This document shows, one piece after another, positions 1-8,812 of a stretch of 64,000 nt of DNA (the stretch's first letter is position 1; every line of letters begins with the position of its first letter). Origin of the DNA: an uncultured Methanosarcinales archaeon (GTDB lineage Archaea; Nanobdellota; Nanobdellia; Woesearchaeales; DATGWN01); NCBI GenBank assembly GCA_964557345.1, contig CAZKZU010000001.1, positions 555 to 64,554 of the forward strand, read 5' to 3'. Position numbers and translations under genes: made by a program. A model generated the notes under the pieces. The model made no database searches and was not told the DNA's origin. It saw only the letters and a list, made by a program, of their open reading frames with translations.

Positions 1-72
1 TGAGTTCTGAAATTGTAAAAAATTATATTCAGAACTCGAATAAATGGTTAGGAGGTCAACAAAGACTTAGTT

Positions 73-136
73 AAAAAAGTGGGCGGTGGATGCCCCGAAG
101 CCTTTAGCTAGGGGTAGCCCACTTTTTATTTTTCTC
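73..136 (+). terminator. GC-rich hairpin (aaaaagtgggc ... gcccacttttt) with nested CCCC/GGGG stem, followed by a T-tract; possible 3' end of an upstream + strand gene or a small RNA
   Basis: Inverted repeat read directly from the sequence, with a T-run at 123-136. GC-rich against the AT-rich background. Confidence 0.2.
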
Positions 137-300
137 ACTTATTCATTTATTTAAATAGTTATTAAGTTAGTTAATTATTTAGTTAGTTTAATTCCTGTTT
201 TTTAGGAATAGGGTTTATATACTTCCTTTTACTTTATTAATATGTGATAGTAAGAATTTGAAAATATAATTTTTATTAAATAAAATGGAGATGTTACAAA

Positions 301-783
301 ATGAGATCAGTAAATTTGATATATTGTCTAAAAGATAATTTAGTTCTATTAGGATTAAAAAAACGAGGCTTTGGTGTTAATAAACTTAATGGTTATGGCG
401 GAAAACCTGATGCAAATGAGACTATTGAACAAGCTGCTGTTAGAGAATTAAAGGAAGAAGCTGGTGTTACTTCTGATGTTTCTAATTATGAGAAAGTTGC
501 TGAAATAGATTTTATTTTTGCTGATGTTCCTGTTGAGAAGAATTGGAATCAAACAGTTCACGTATATTTTTTAAGAAAATGGGTTGGTGAGCCAGTTGAG
601 ACTGAAGAAATGAAACCTGTTTGGGCAGATATTAAACAGCTTCCTTTTGATAAAATGTGGCTTGATGATAAGTATTGGTTGTCTGATGCAATAGCTGGTA
701 AAAAAATAAAAGCTGAATTTGTATTTGGTAAATCTGGTGCTGAAATTATTGAATTTAAGATAAAATATGTAAATGGGTTTTAA
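301..783 (+). CDS. Nudix hydrolase (MutT/NTP pyrophosphohydrolase family)
   Basis: Perfect Nudix box GGKPDANETIEQAAVRELKEEAGV (Gx5Ex7REUxEExGU). Confidence 0.8.
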   Translation: MRSVNLIYCLKDNLVLLGLKKRGFGVNKLNGYGGKPDANETIEQAAVRELKEEAGVTSDVSNYEKVAEIDFIFADVPVEKNWNQTVHVYFLRKWVGEPVETEEMKPVWADIKQLPFDKMWLDDKYWLSDAIAGKKIKAEFVFGKSGAEIIEFKIKYVNGF

Positions 784-927
784 TTTTGGATTAATTTTTA
801 TTATCTATATTATTGGCATTTGTATTTTTACTATTTTTCCACAAGTTTCTTTTTTGGTTTCTACTCTAACGAAAAGCTTTTAAGGAAAGAATATAGCGTA
901 TGTGTTAAGGGGTTTGTTGGATAATAT

Positions 928-1605
928 ATGACTAAAAAAGATTTGAAAAAAAGGTTGAATGAGGATTTGAAAACAGAGTCTGTTGGAAAAGAAAATCATT
1001 CTAGTTATAGTTTAGTTATGTTTGCTCAAATTATTGGGGTTGTCTTAATATTCCTTGTAATTGTTTTATTATTGGTGTTTGTAAATAATGTTTCTGTTCC
1101 TACTTTTGCAATTGATGGAAGAACTATTGGTAATGCTGATGCACCAGTTGAAGTTATTGTCTGGAGTGATTTTCAATGTCCTTTCTGTTCACAATTTGCA
1201 ACCGATATTATGCCAAGTCTCGAGAAAGACTATGTTAGTACTGGTAAAGTTAAGATTTCATATAAATATTTTTTAGGACATACTGATTCAAAGCGAGCTG
1301 CAATGGCTGCAGAATGTGCTAATGAACAAGGAAAGTTTTGGGAATATCATGATTTAGTGTATAAGAATTCAGATATTAGTGAGAAGGCGCTTAAAAGTTA
1401 TGCAATTTCTTTAAGTTTAAATTCTTCTCAATTTAATGATTGTTATGGTAGTGAAAAATATGGTCGAGCAATTGAAAAGGAATTTATGGAAGGAATAAAT
1501 ATTGGTGTTAAAGGAACTCCTTCGGTTTTTATTAATGGAACTTTTATTGAAGGATTACAAAGTTATTCTAGTTATAAGATGGCGATTGATTTTGCATTGA
1601 AATAA
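928..1605 (+). CDS. Membrane-anchored DsbA-like thiol:disulfide oxidoreductase (thioredoxin fold)
   Basis: N-terminal TM helix, CPFC active-site motif, DsbA-like length and layout. Confidence 0.65.
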   Translation: MTKKDLKKRLNEDLKTESVGKENHSSYSLVMFAQIIGVVLIFLVIVLLLVFVNNVSVPTFAIDGRTIGNADAPVEVIVWSDFQCPFCSQFATDIMPSLEKDYVSTGKVKISYKYFLGHTDSKRAAMAAECANEQGKFWEYHDLVYKNSDISEKALKSYAISLSLNSSQFNDCYGSEKYGRAIEKEFMEGINIGVKGTPSVFINGTFIEGLQSYSSYKMAIDFALK

Positions 1606-1848
1606 TTTTTTTGTTTAAAATAGTTGAATGTATTGTTGTAGTATAATGAAATTATTGTTGCAGTTATTCTTTAGTGAATATTTTGTATCTTTTTTTGCTT
1701 ATTTTTACTCATGGTAAATATTTGGTTTATAAATTATCTTTCTTGAATGTAATTTTTGAAAACTAAAAGTTATAAAATTCACTTCAAATAATATAGTATC
1801 TAAAAGCTATAACTTTAAAAACATAAGGTTACAGTCAATTTAATCGCA

Positions 1849-1896
1849 ATACAACTTGTTGTAGTTTAACCTAACTGATAACACAACGGGTTGTGT
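1849..1896 (+). promoter_or_regulatory. Two palindromic boxes, ACAACttGTTGT (1851-1862) and ACACAACggGTTGTGT (1881-1896), with centres 32 bp apart, upstream of nrdD; NrdR-box-like operator
   Basis: Perfect palindromes read from the sequence. The 16 bp box with ACAC..GTGT ends and ~32 bp spacing resembles bacterial tandem NrdR boxes. A GGAGAGGTG Shine-Dalgarno-like motif lies at 1911-1919. Confidence 0.35.
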
Positions 1897-1924
1897 TTGT
1901 GCTTTTTTATGGAGAGGTGCTAGA

Positions 1925-4084
1925 ATGGAAGGAGTAGACGAATCATACGTTATAAGACGAGTTAAAAAAAGAGACGGATCTATTGTTCTTTTTGATGAAA
2001 AAAGAATTGCAGAAGCAATCTTTAAAGCAGCAAAAGCAGTAGGTGGCGACGATTATGATCTTTCAAAAAAATTAGCACGAAAAGTTACAAACACTCTAGA
2101 TATATTTTTCTATTCCGGTTCTATTCCTCACGTTGAAGCAATCCAAGATTTAATTGAAAAAACTTTAGTTGAAGAAGGTCATGCGAAAACTGTTAAGGCA
2201 TATATTCTTTATCGAAAACAAAGAACTGAACTTAGAGATTCTAAATCTTTTGCATTTGATGTTGAGAAAACTATGGATGGTTATTTAATGCAGTCGGACT
2301 GGAGAGTTAAAGAAAATAGTAATGTTGATTTTTCTCATTCTGGACTTTTACTTCACGTAGCAGGAACAGTTATTGCAAGATATACGCTTGATCGAATTTA
2401 TCCTCCAGAAGTTGCAAATGCGCATAAGGAAGGAGATTTTCATATTCATGATTTAAGTATGGGTATTGCAGGTTATTGTGCAGGTTGGAGTCTTAGACAA
2501 TTACTTGATGAGGGATTTAATGGTGTTCCAGGTAAAACTGATTCTGTTCCGCCAAGACATTTAGATTCTGCATGTTGGCAAATAATTAATTTTATTGGTA
2601 CTTTACAAAACGAATGGGCTGGTGCACAAGCGTTCTCGAGTTTTGATACTTATATGTCTCCTTTTGTAAAAAAAGATAATATGGAGTATAAAAAAGTAAA
2701 ACAATTAATGCAAGCATTTGTATTCAATATGAATATTCCTTCTAGATGGGGTGGACAAACTCCTTTTTCGAACATTACTTTAGATTGGATTGTTCCTGAA
2801 GATTTAAAAAATAAAAAAGCAACTGTTGGTGGTGAAAGACAAACTTTTACATACGGAGATTGTCAAAAAGAAATGGATATGATTAATAGAGCATTTATGG
2901 AAGTTATGACTGAAGGAGATGCTAAGGGCAGAATTTTTACTTTTCCAATTCCAACATATAATGTAACTAAAGATTTTAATTGGGATTCTGAGAATGCAAA
3001 ATTGTTATTCGACATGACTGCAAAATACGGTATTCCTTATTTTCAAAATTTTGTTAATTCAGAATTAAATCCTGGTGATGTAAGAAGTATGTGTTGTAGA
3101 CTTCAAATGAATTTAAATGAATTAAAGGCAAGAGGTGGAGGACTTTTTGGTTCTGCTGAAATGACTGGATCTCTTGGCGTTGTTACAATTAATCTTCCTC
3201 GAATAGGATATTTATCTAATAGTAAAGATGAGTTTTTTGCACGACTTGGAAAATTAATGGAAGTTGCAAAAGAATCTCTTGAAATTAAAAGAAAAATCGT
3301 TTCATTGAATATGGAAAGAGGTCTAATGCCTTATTCTAAAAGATATTTAGGAACTTTAAATAATCATTTCAATACCATTGGTTTAGTTGGTATGAATGAA
3401 GCTATAATGAATTTTATGGGTCCAGAATATAATATTACTACAGTTGATGGAAAAGCATTTGCTGAAGAAGTTTTAGATTTTATGAGAGTAAAATTAACTA
3501 AATTCCAAGAAGAAACTGGAAATATGTATAATTTAGAAGCAACACCTGCCGAAGGTACTAGTTATAGACTTGCAAAAATAGATAAAGAAAAATACAGCGA
3601 TATTATAACTCAAGGAATTGATGCGCCTTATTATACAAATAGTACTCAACTTCCAGTAGGATATACTGATGATGTATTTGAAGCACTTGATTTGCAAGAT
3701 TCACTTCAGATTAAATATACTGGAGGAACTGTTCTTCACGGATTTATCGGCGAGAGTCTTCAAACTGGAGATACTATTAAAAAATTAGTTAAAAGAATCG
3801 CGGAAAATTATAGATTGCCTTATTTTACAATAACTCCGACTTTTAGTATTTGTAAAGAGCATGGTTATGTTGCAGGAAAACATTTTGAATGTCCAACTTG
3901 TAAAGGCGCTTGTGAAGTTTTCAGTAGAGTTGTAGGATATTTAAGACCCGTACAAAATTGGAATAATGGTAAAAGAGAAGAGTTTAAAGAACGAGTTCCG
4001 TTTTCAGTATGTAAGTCAATTGAAAGTAAACATGGAACTCTTGGAAAACCTAAGACTCTTGCTCAACAAATAACTACTTATTGA
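1925..4084 (+). CDS. nrdD: Anaerobic ribonucleoside-triphosphate reductase (class III RNR), with N-terminal ATP-cone
   Basis: ATP-cone VIRRVKKRDGSIV..FDEKRI; C-terminal Zn-ribbon CPTCKGAC and glycyl-radical motif RVVGYLRP; 719 aa. Confidence 0.9.
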   Translation: MEGVDESYVIRRVKKRDGSIVLFDEKRIAEAIFKAAKAVGGDDYDLSKKLARKVTNTLDIFFYSGSIPHVEAIQDLIEKTLVEEGHAKTVKAYILYRKQRTELRDSKSFAFDVEKTMDGYLMQSDWRVKENSNVDFSHSGLLLHVAGTVIARYTLDRIYPPEVANAHKEGDFHIHDLSMGIAGYCAGWSLRQLLDEGFNGVPGKTDSVPPRHLDSACWQIINFIGTLQNEWAGAQAFSSFDTYMSPFVKKDNMEYKKVKQLMQAFVFNMNIPSRWGGQTPFSNITLDWIVPEDLKNKKATVGGERQTFTYGDCQKEMDMINRAFMEVMTEGDAKGRIFTFPIPTYNVTKDFNWDSENAKLLFDMTAKYGIPYFQNFVNSELNPGDVRSMCCRLQMNLNELKARGGGLFGSAEMTGSLGVVTINLPRIGYLSNSKDEFFARLGKLMEVAKESLEIKRKIVSLNMERGLMPYSKRYLGTLNNHFNTIGLVGMNEAIMNFMGPEYNITTVDGKAFAEEVLDFMRVKLTKFQEETGNMYNLEATPAEGTSYRLAKIDKEKYSDIITQGIDAPYYTNSTQLPVGYTDDVFEALDLQDSLQIKYTGGTVLHGFIGESLQTGDTIKKLVKRIAENYRLPYFTITPTFSICKEHGYVAGKHFECPTCKGACEVFSRVVGYLRPVQNWNNGKREEFKERVPFSVCKSIESKHGTLGKPKTLAQQITTY

Positions 4085-4347
4085 TTATAATAAGCACCTC
4101 TCTATTTTTTATTTTTTTATTTTTAAAAAAATTATATTTTAATTTATGATCCTCGATGATGATAAGTTTCGATTAAATAAAAAGTAGCATCTGTCAAAAC
4201 TTTTATACGTTTTGCTAAGGTTCTGCGTTCCCGGATGGAGCATCCCCTCGCAACGAACTCGCAGTGTGGAATTATGAGTTTTGACCTTTTGGGATGCAAC
4301 TTTTTATTGTACAATTAATTTATTATTTATTTAGGAAGGTATTCCCT

Positions 4348-4578
4348 ATGAAAGCATTATTGTTTACAACTCCAACTTGTATTAAATGTAAGAAAGTAAA
4401 AGATTTTCTTGCTAAGCAAAATAAATTTTCTGTTGAATTAGTTGATGCGTCTACTCCTTCTGGTCTTGAGCTTGCTAAAAAGTATGATGTGTTTGGTGTT
4501 CCCACTGTTGTTTTTTTTGATGGCGATACTTTGTTAGGTGTTGCAACTGATATTGACGAGGTAGAACAATATTTATGA
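4348..4578 (+). CDS. Small glutaredoxin/NrdH-like redoxin (CxxC)
   Basis: TPTCIKCKKVKDFL thioredoxin-fold CxxC motif, ~76 aa. AGGAAGGT Shine-Dalgarno-like motif 8 nt upstream. The ORF-track start at 4294 is probably an over-extension. Stop overlaps the nrdG start (ATGA). Confidence 0.55.
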   Translation: MKALLFTTPTCIKCKKVKDFLAKQNKFSVELVDASTPSGLELAKKYDVFGVPTVVFFDGDTLLGVATDIDEVEQYL

Positions 4579-5345
4579 TTCTGAAAAACTTTGGGTCTGC
4601 ATCATGTAATGATTCTGAAAAGTTAAATGCTTTTTCTGATACTTCAAAAATATTTCCTATAAAAGGATTTCAAGCGACATCTCTTATAGATTACCCTGGA
4701 AATATTTGTGCAGTTATTTTTTTAGCTGGATGTAATTTTAGATGTGGCTTTTGTCACAATAAAGATTTAGTTTTTAATTCTAGTAATTTACAACTTCATA
4801 ACGAGGAAGAAATATTAAGTTTGCTTTCTAAACGTTCTAAGTTGATTGATGGGGTTTGTATTACTGGAGGAGAACCAACACTCTATCCTTACTTATATGA
4901 TTTTATTGTCAAGATAAAAAAAATAGGACTGAAAGTTAAGCTTGATACTAATGGGACTAATACTTTTCTTTTATCTCAGTTGATTTCTGAAAGATTGGTG
5001 GATTATGTTGCTATGGATATTAAGCAATGTAAGCAAAAATATGATTTAATTTGTGGCACTAAAGTAGATATGTCTCAAGTAATTGGTTCTGTAGAATTAT
5101 TGAAAATAAGTTATATTGATTATGAATTTAGGACGACGTTTGTACCTGAGTTAATAAGTTGGGAAGATATAGTTGAAATTTCTAAATGGTTAAATGGTGC
5201 AAAAAGATATGTTTTGCAACAATTTGTTCCTATGTATACTCTTATTAATCCAAAATTGACCAAAACTATTTCTGAAGCTGATTTGAAAATGATTTCTGAG
5301 AGAGTAAAGCCTTGCTTTGGAACAGTTGAAGTTAGAGGACATTAA
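4575..5345 (+). CDS. nrdG: Anaerobic RNR activating enzyme (radical SAM)
   Basis: CNFRCGFCHN (Cx3Cx2C) and GGEPT motifs. Translationally coupled to the upstream redoxin gene, downstream of nrdD. Confidence 0.75.
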   Translation: MILKNFGSASCNDSEKLNAFSDTSKIFPIKGFQATSLIDYPGNICAVIFLAGCNFRCGFCHNKDLVFNSSNLQLHNEEEILSLLSKRSKLIDGVCITGGEPTLYPYLYDFIVKIKKIGLKVKLDTNGTNTFLLSQLISERLVDYVAMDIKQCKQKYDLICGTKVDMSQVIGSVELLKISYIDYEFRTTFVPELISWEDIVEISKWLNGAKRYVLQQFVPMYTLINPKLTKTISEADLKMISERVKPCFGTVEVRGH

Positions 5346-8257
5346 TATTCTTTTATGCCTAATATATCTCCTAAAGTGCCTTTAATTTTTGCCTTAGTCA
5401 ATTTTGCATATTCTAATATCTCAGAAGTATTTGCACCTTTTCCACTCATCCCATAGAAAGTATTTTCTCCTAATAAAACATATGACCAAATACAATCCAT
5501 TCTATGTTCGCTAATCAATTCATTTATTTTATCAATCCAATCGATAGTCGCCAAACGTTTCTGCTGAACATTTTTATTATTCAAATCTTTTTCTGCCTTA
5601 GTTTCAACCAAATAGATCTTATCTTTTATTCTAACTAAAAAATCAGGAAAATAGTGCGCTAATAACCCATCATCTCTAATGTAAATAATATTCGCAAAAT
5701 CATAATAGTGTTCATTAATCTTCATAAATGCTTTCACTTGGGAATCTGCGTCTATAAATTCAACAAACGCCTTTTCAAACCCGCCTTTATTTGAAGGATA
5801 TGCAATTTTAGGATATATAGTCTTGGCAACATCAAGTGCATAAGTTTCTCTAATTTTAATTTCATTTATTTCTGAAAATGCTCTTTTAATTATCTTTGCA
5901 TCAATTACTTTAAGACTATTTTGCAAATCATATATACATTGACTTACATTTTTGACAATATGATTTATTATTTTTTCTTGAGTTAAAAGTAAAACCTTCC
6001 AATTATTATTTTTAAGTGGTTCAAATTCCTGTCCAAAAAGCTTATATCTTATATATTCATCAACTAAACTTGCAACCAATGCCGAATTAATCTGCATTAT
6101 CGGATACTTTTGCTCTTTATTTTTTCCTATTTTAATTGGTATAAAAGATACTGCATTAACTATTTTTTGAATAAAAGAATTATAACTTTTTGCTGTAAAA
6201 ATATCAGAAGTTACAGTATATTCCCCATATTTAGTTTTTACCGTCAATTCTTCTCCATAAAAAGTATCGCCATCTTTCAAAACTAAAGGAGTTAAATCAT
6301 CTAGAGGGATAGGAAATTTTTCTAACTTTTCAGAAGAAAGAGATATTGACGAGAAATGTTCTTCCTTATCATGGATTATTATAGGCCAAGAAAAATCGTA
6401 ATCTACAAAGTTTTCTTTTAATGAAATGGAAATAATATCTCCGACAACATGATTTTTAGTAGGCATTTCTTTAGTAATCGCAACAGCACCACTTAATTCA
6501 TTATCATAAAACTGAATAAAAGCAGGATGTTCTATAATACTCAATATATCCATATAATTGTCTGGCTCTTCCTTTCGCACAAGTAATTTATTTCTAATTT
6601 CTTTTTTTGCATCTAAATACTGTGGTTCCCTCCACATTAATCTTAATCCTCTTCCTATAGTCTGTTCTAAAAGAATAAAAGAACTGCTAGATCTTAAAGG
6701 AACAATAACGCAAATATTGCTTACATCAAAACCTTCTCGAAGCATTAAAACAGAAATAATAATTTTAGGCTTTGAATGTTTATCTATACTAAATAATTTC
6801 TGTTTAAGAGAACTCCATTCATCATCAGAAATTTCTCCTTTTTTATTAGAATGTACTTCAATTAATTCATCCTCACTATATCCTTCTTGCTTCAAGAATG
6901 CTGACACATAAGAAACAACTTTTGTGTCTTCACACATAACTAAAAGTTTGGGGTACTTTGTGGGATCTAATGATGTAAATCCTTCTTCAAGAATTCGTAA
7001 TTTAGAAATTCCAGCTCGGAGCATAATTCTTTGACCATCAGATAATCCAAGTATGGTATTTCCTTCTCTTTCAGACTTAAAATCAAGCGGAAGTGCTGCA
7101 AGTTCTTTTCGTTTATCAATTGCAACAGTCTTGACTAATCCTAACTTAATTGCAGTAGGTAATTCAAAATTAGTAATTATATGAGGAAAAAAATGTTTTG
7201 TTCTCTGCTGACCAGAACCTGTAACTGAATACGGAGTCGCTGAAAAATCAATTTGCAAAAATTTATTCTGCTTTTTTTCTGCAATCAAATCAATTGCTTT
7301 TTGCCATTTCTTTTCAAAAGTATCGTCTGATTTTTTAAACTCACCTAAATGATGAGCTTCATCGTTAAAAACAACTAAATCAGAAAGATTTGCTAAATAT
7401 TCAATTTCTTTTCCTCTAAAATGTTGGTTATCCAATTCTTCAAGTGAATGACCTGCAGATATGCCAGGAGTAATAGGAAGCATTTGCTTCACAGTTTTTT
7501 CAGGACTATCTAAAGGAGTTTCAACATCTTCTTCCTCCTCGCTTCCAGACAATAAATGCCAATTAGTAATTGCGATTAACCCCTCTCCAGTTACTTTTTT
7601 CCCGATTTCATCTTTTGTTGAAACGCTAGACTGAATAAACCCGAACATTTCTTCTTTATATGCTTGTGGAAGAAATAAATTCTCAAACTTTTTAAAATCA
7701 GACTCTTCAAAATTTCGTGTACCATCAATGTTTTGCTTTCCCAAATATGCATCAAGCAATCTTTCATAAACAATAAGTCCTGGTGCGATTAATAAAAAGT
7801 TTTTTGAAAATCTTCCAGACATAGACTCTTCATACTTTGCATTTAAATATTGCCAAATAAGAATGGCAGATAAAACCCAAGTTTTACCAGTTCCCGTAGC
7901 CATTTTAATGCAATATTTAGATAATTCATATTTTTCTTTTTTCAAATCAATCAAATCCAATCCTGATAACAATTCGGGATAAATAGATTTGTAAATATCA
8001 GTCACAGTTTTGATTTTCAATATTTCATGAATATAAATAACATTAAGAATTGCTTGCCATTGTCCCTCATGGAAATTAGCATAACGCAAATCTCCAAATG
8101 AACCACTAGGATCCCAAAATCGCAATAAATCTCTAGTAATGGGAGACACTTTTTCCAAAAAGTCTCCTTTCTCATATTCTTTATTTACTTTTTCAGTTAT
8201 AGCTTTCGCTAACTTTAAAGGAATATCCCCAGTTCCGAGATTTTTTGCTTGGACCAT
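5342..8257 (-). CDS. res: Type III restriction enzyme Res subunit (SF2 helicase + nuclease)
   Basis: Walker A MATGTGKTW, DEAH-type FNDEAHHLG, 971 aa. Co-directional and immediately downstream of the mod gene. Confidence 0.85.
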   Translation of the reverse strand: MVQAKNLGTGDIPLKLAKAITEKVNKEYEKGDFLEKVSPITRDLLRFWDPSGSFGDLRYANFHEGQWQAILNVIYIHEILKIKTVTDIYKSIYPELLSGLDLIDLKKEKYELSKYCIKMATGTGKTWVLSAILIWQYLNAKYEESMSGRFSKNFLLIAPGLIVYERLLDAYLGKQNIDGTRNFEESDFKKFENLFLPQAYKEEMFGFIQSSVSTKDEIGKKVTGEGLIAITNWHLLSGSEEEEDVETPLDSPEKTVKQMLPITPGISAGHSLEELDNQHFRGKEIEYLANLSDLVVFNDEAHHLGEFKKSDDTFEKKWQKAIDLIAEKKQNKFLQIDFSATPYSVTGSGQQRTKHFFPHIITNFELPTAIKLGLVKTVAIDKRKELAALPLDFKSEREGNTILGLSDGQRIMLRAGISKLRILEEGFTSLDPTKYPKLLVMCEDTKVVSYVSAFLKQEGYSEDELIEVHSNKKGEISDDEWSSLKQKLFSIDKHSKPKIIISVLMLREGFDVSNICVIVPLRSSSSFILLEQTIGRGLRLMWREPQYLDAKKEIRNKLLVRKEEPDNYMDILSIIEHPAFIQFYDNELSGAVAITKEMPTKNHVVGDIISISLKENFVDYDFSWPIIIHDKEEHFSSISLSSEKLEKFPIPLDDLTPLVLKDGDTFYGEELTVKTKYGEYTVTSDIFTAKSYNSFIQKIVNAVSFIPIKIGKNKEQKYPIMQINSALVASLVDEYIRYKLFGQEFEPLKNNNWKVLLLTQEKIINHIVKNVSQCIYDLQNSLKVIDAKIIKRAFSEINEIKIRETYALDVAKTIYPKIAYPSNKGGFEKAFVEFIDADSQVKAFMKINEHYYDFANIIYIRDDGLLAHYFPDFLVRIKDKIYLVETKAEKDLNNKNVQQKRLATIDWIDKINELISEHRMDCIWSYVLLGENTFYGMSGKGANTSEILEYAKLTKAKIKGTLGDILGIKEY

Positions 8258-8277
8258 AGTAACTTGTTTAAAATTAT

Positions 8278-8772
8278 TTAGTGTTTATCATATTTTTTTG
8301 TTTTGATTAATTTTAACTTTTCAATATACTCTAAAGGCAAATTACATTCTTTAGCACCTTCAATTATAGTCGTCATGTAATTTACATAGGGTAAAAACAT
8401 ATCTTCAGTCATCAAACTAAAGTCATTGCTATAAACTCTGTAGGTTATTGCAGAATATGTTGTACCTGCCATATTTGTAACTAATATGCTCTCTCTTTTA
8501 TATTTTGGAAATTGTTCTTGACTAGTGCCCTCCCAATAATCTAATTTTAAAATATCATCATCAGTTACTTCAAATATAACACCCCACAACTTATCGTTCA
8601 TACTACTATCAAAACTAGCAACGCCACCTTTTTTTTTCAAAGAAAATTTTGGAAAAATTAATTTCATATTATTGATATAGACGATATCTAACAATTGCAA
8701 AGTCTTATTCTTAAGCCTTTCCCTTATTTGAGATAAATTCATATTTGAACCATATGCAAAATAATATTTCAT
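8278..8772 (-). CDS. Gamma-glutamyl cyclotransferase / AIG2-like fold protein embedded in the R-M operon
   Basis: N-terminal YFAYGSNM hallmark and LDYWEG motif (GGCT/GGACT/AIG2 family). Lies 40 bp after the mod stop and 20 bp before the res start, on the same strand. Confidence 0.55.
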   Translation of the reverse strand: MKYYFAYGSNMNLSQIRERLKNKTLQLLDIVYINNMKLIFPKFSLKKKGGVASFDSSMNDKLWGVIFEVTDDDILKLDYWEGTSQEQFPKYKRESILVTNMAGTTYSAITYRVYSNDFSLMTEDMFLPYVNYMTTIIEGAKECNLPLEYIEKLKLIKTKKYDKH

Positions 8773-8812
8773 TTTCCCTCAATAAAAACATAACTTTCTA
8801 TAATTAATATAA

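Noticed and set aside
6558-6911. 117 aa + strand ORF inside the res gene
   Set aside because: It lies wholly antisense within a well-supported helicase/nuclease gene, is low-complexity, and has no start context. It is almost certainly spurious.
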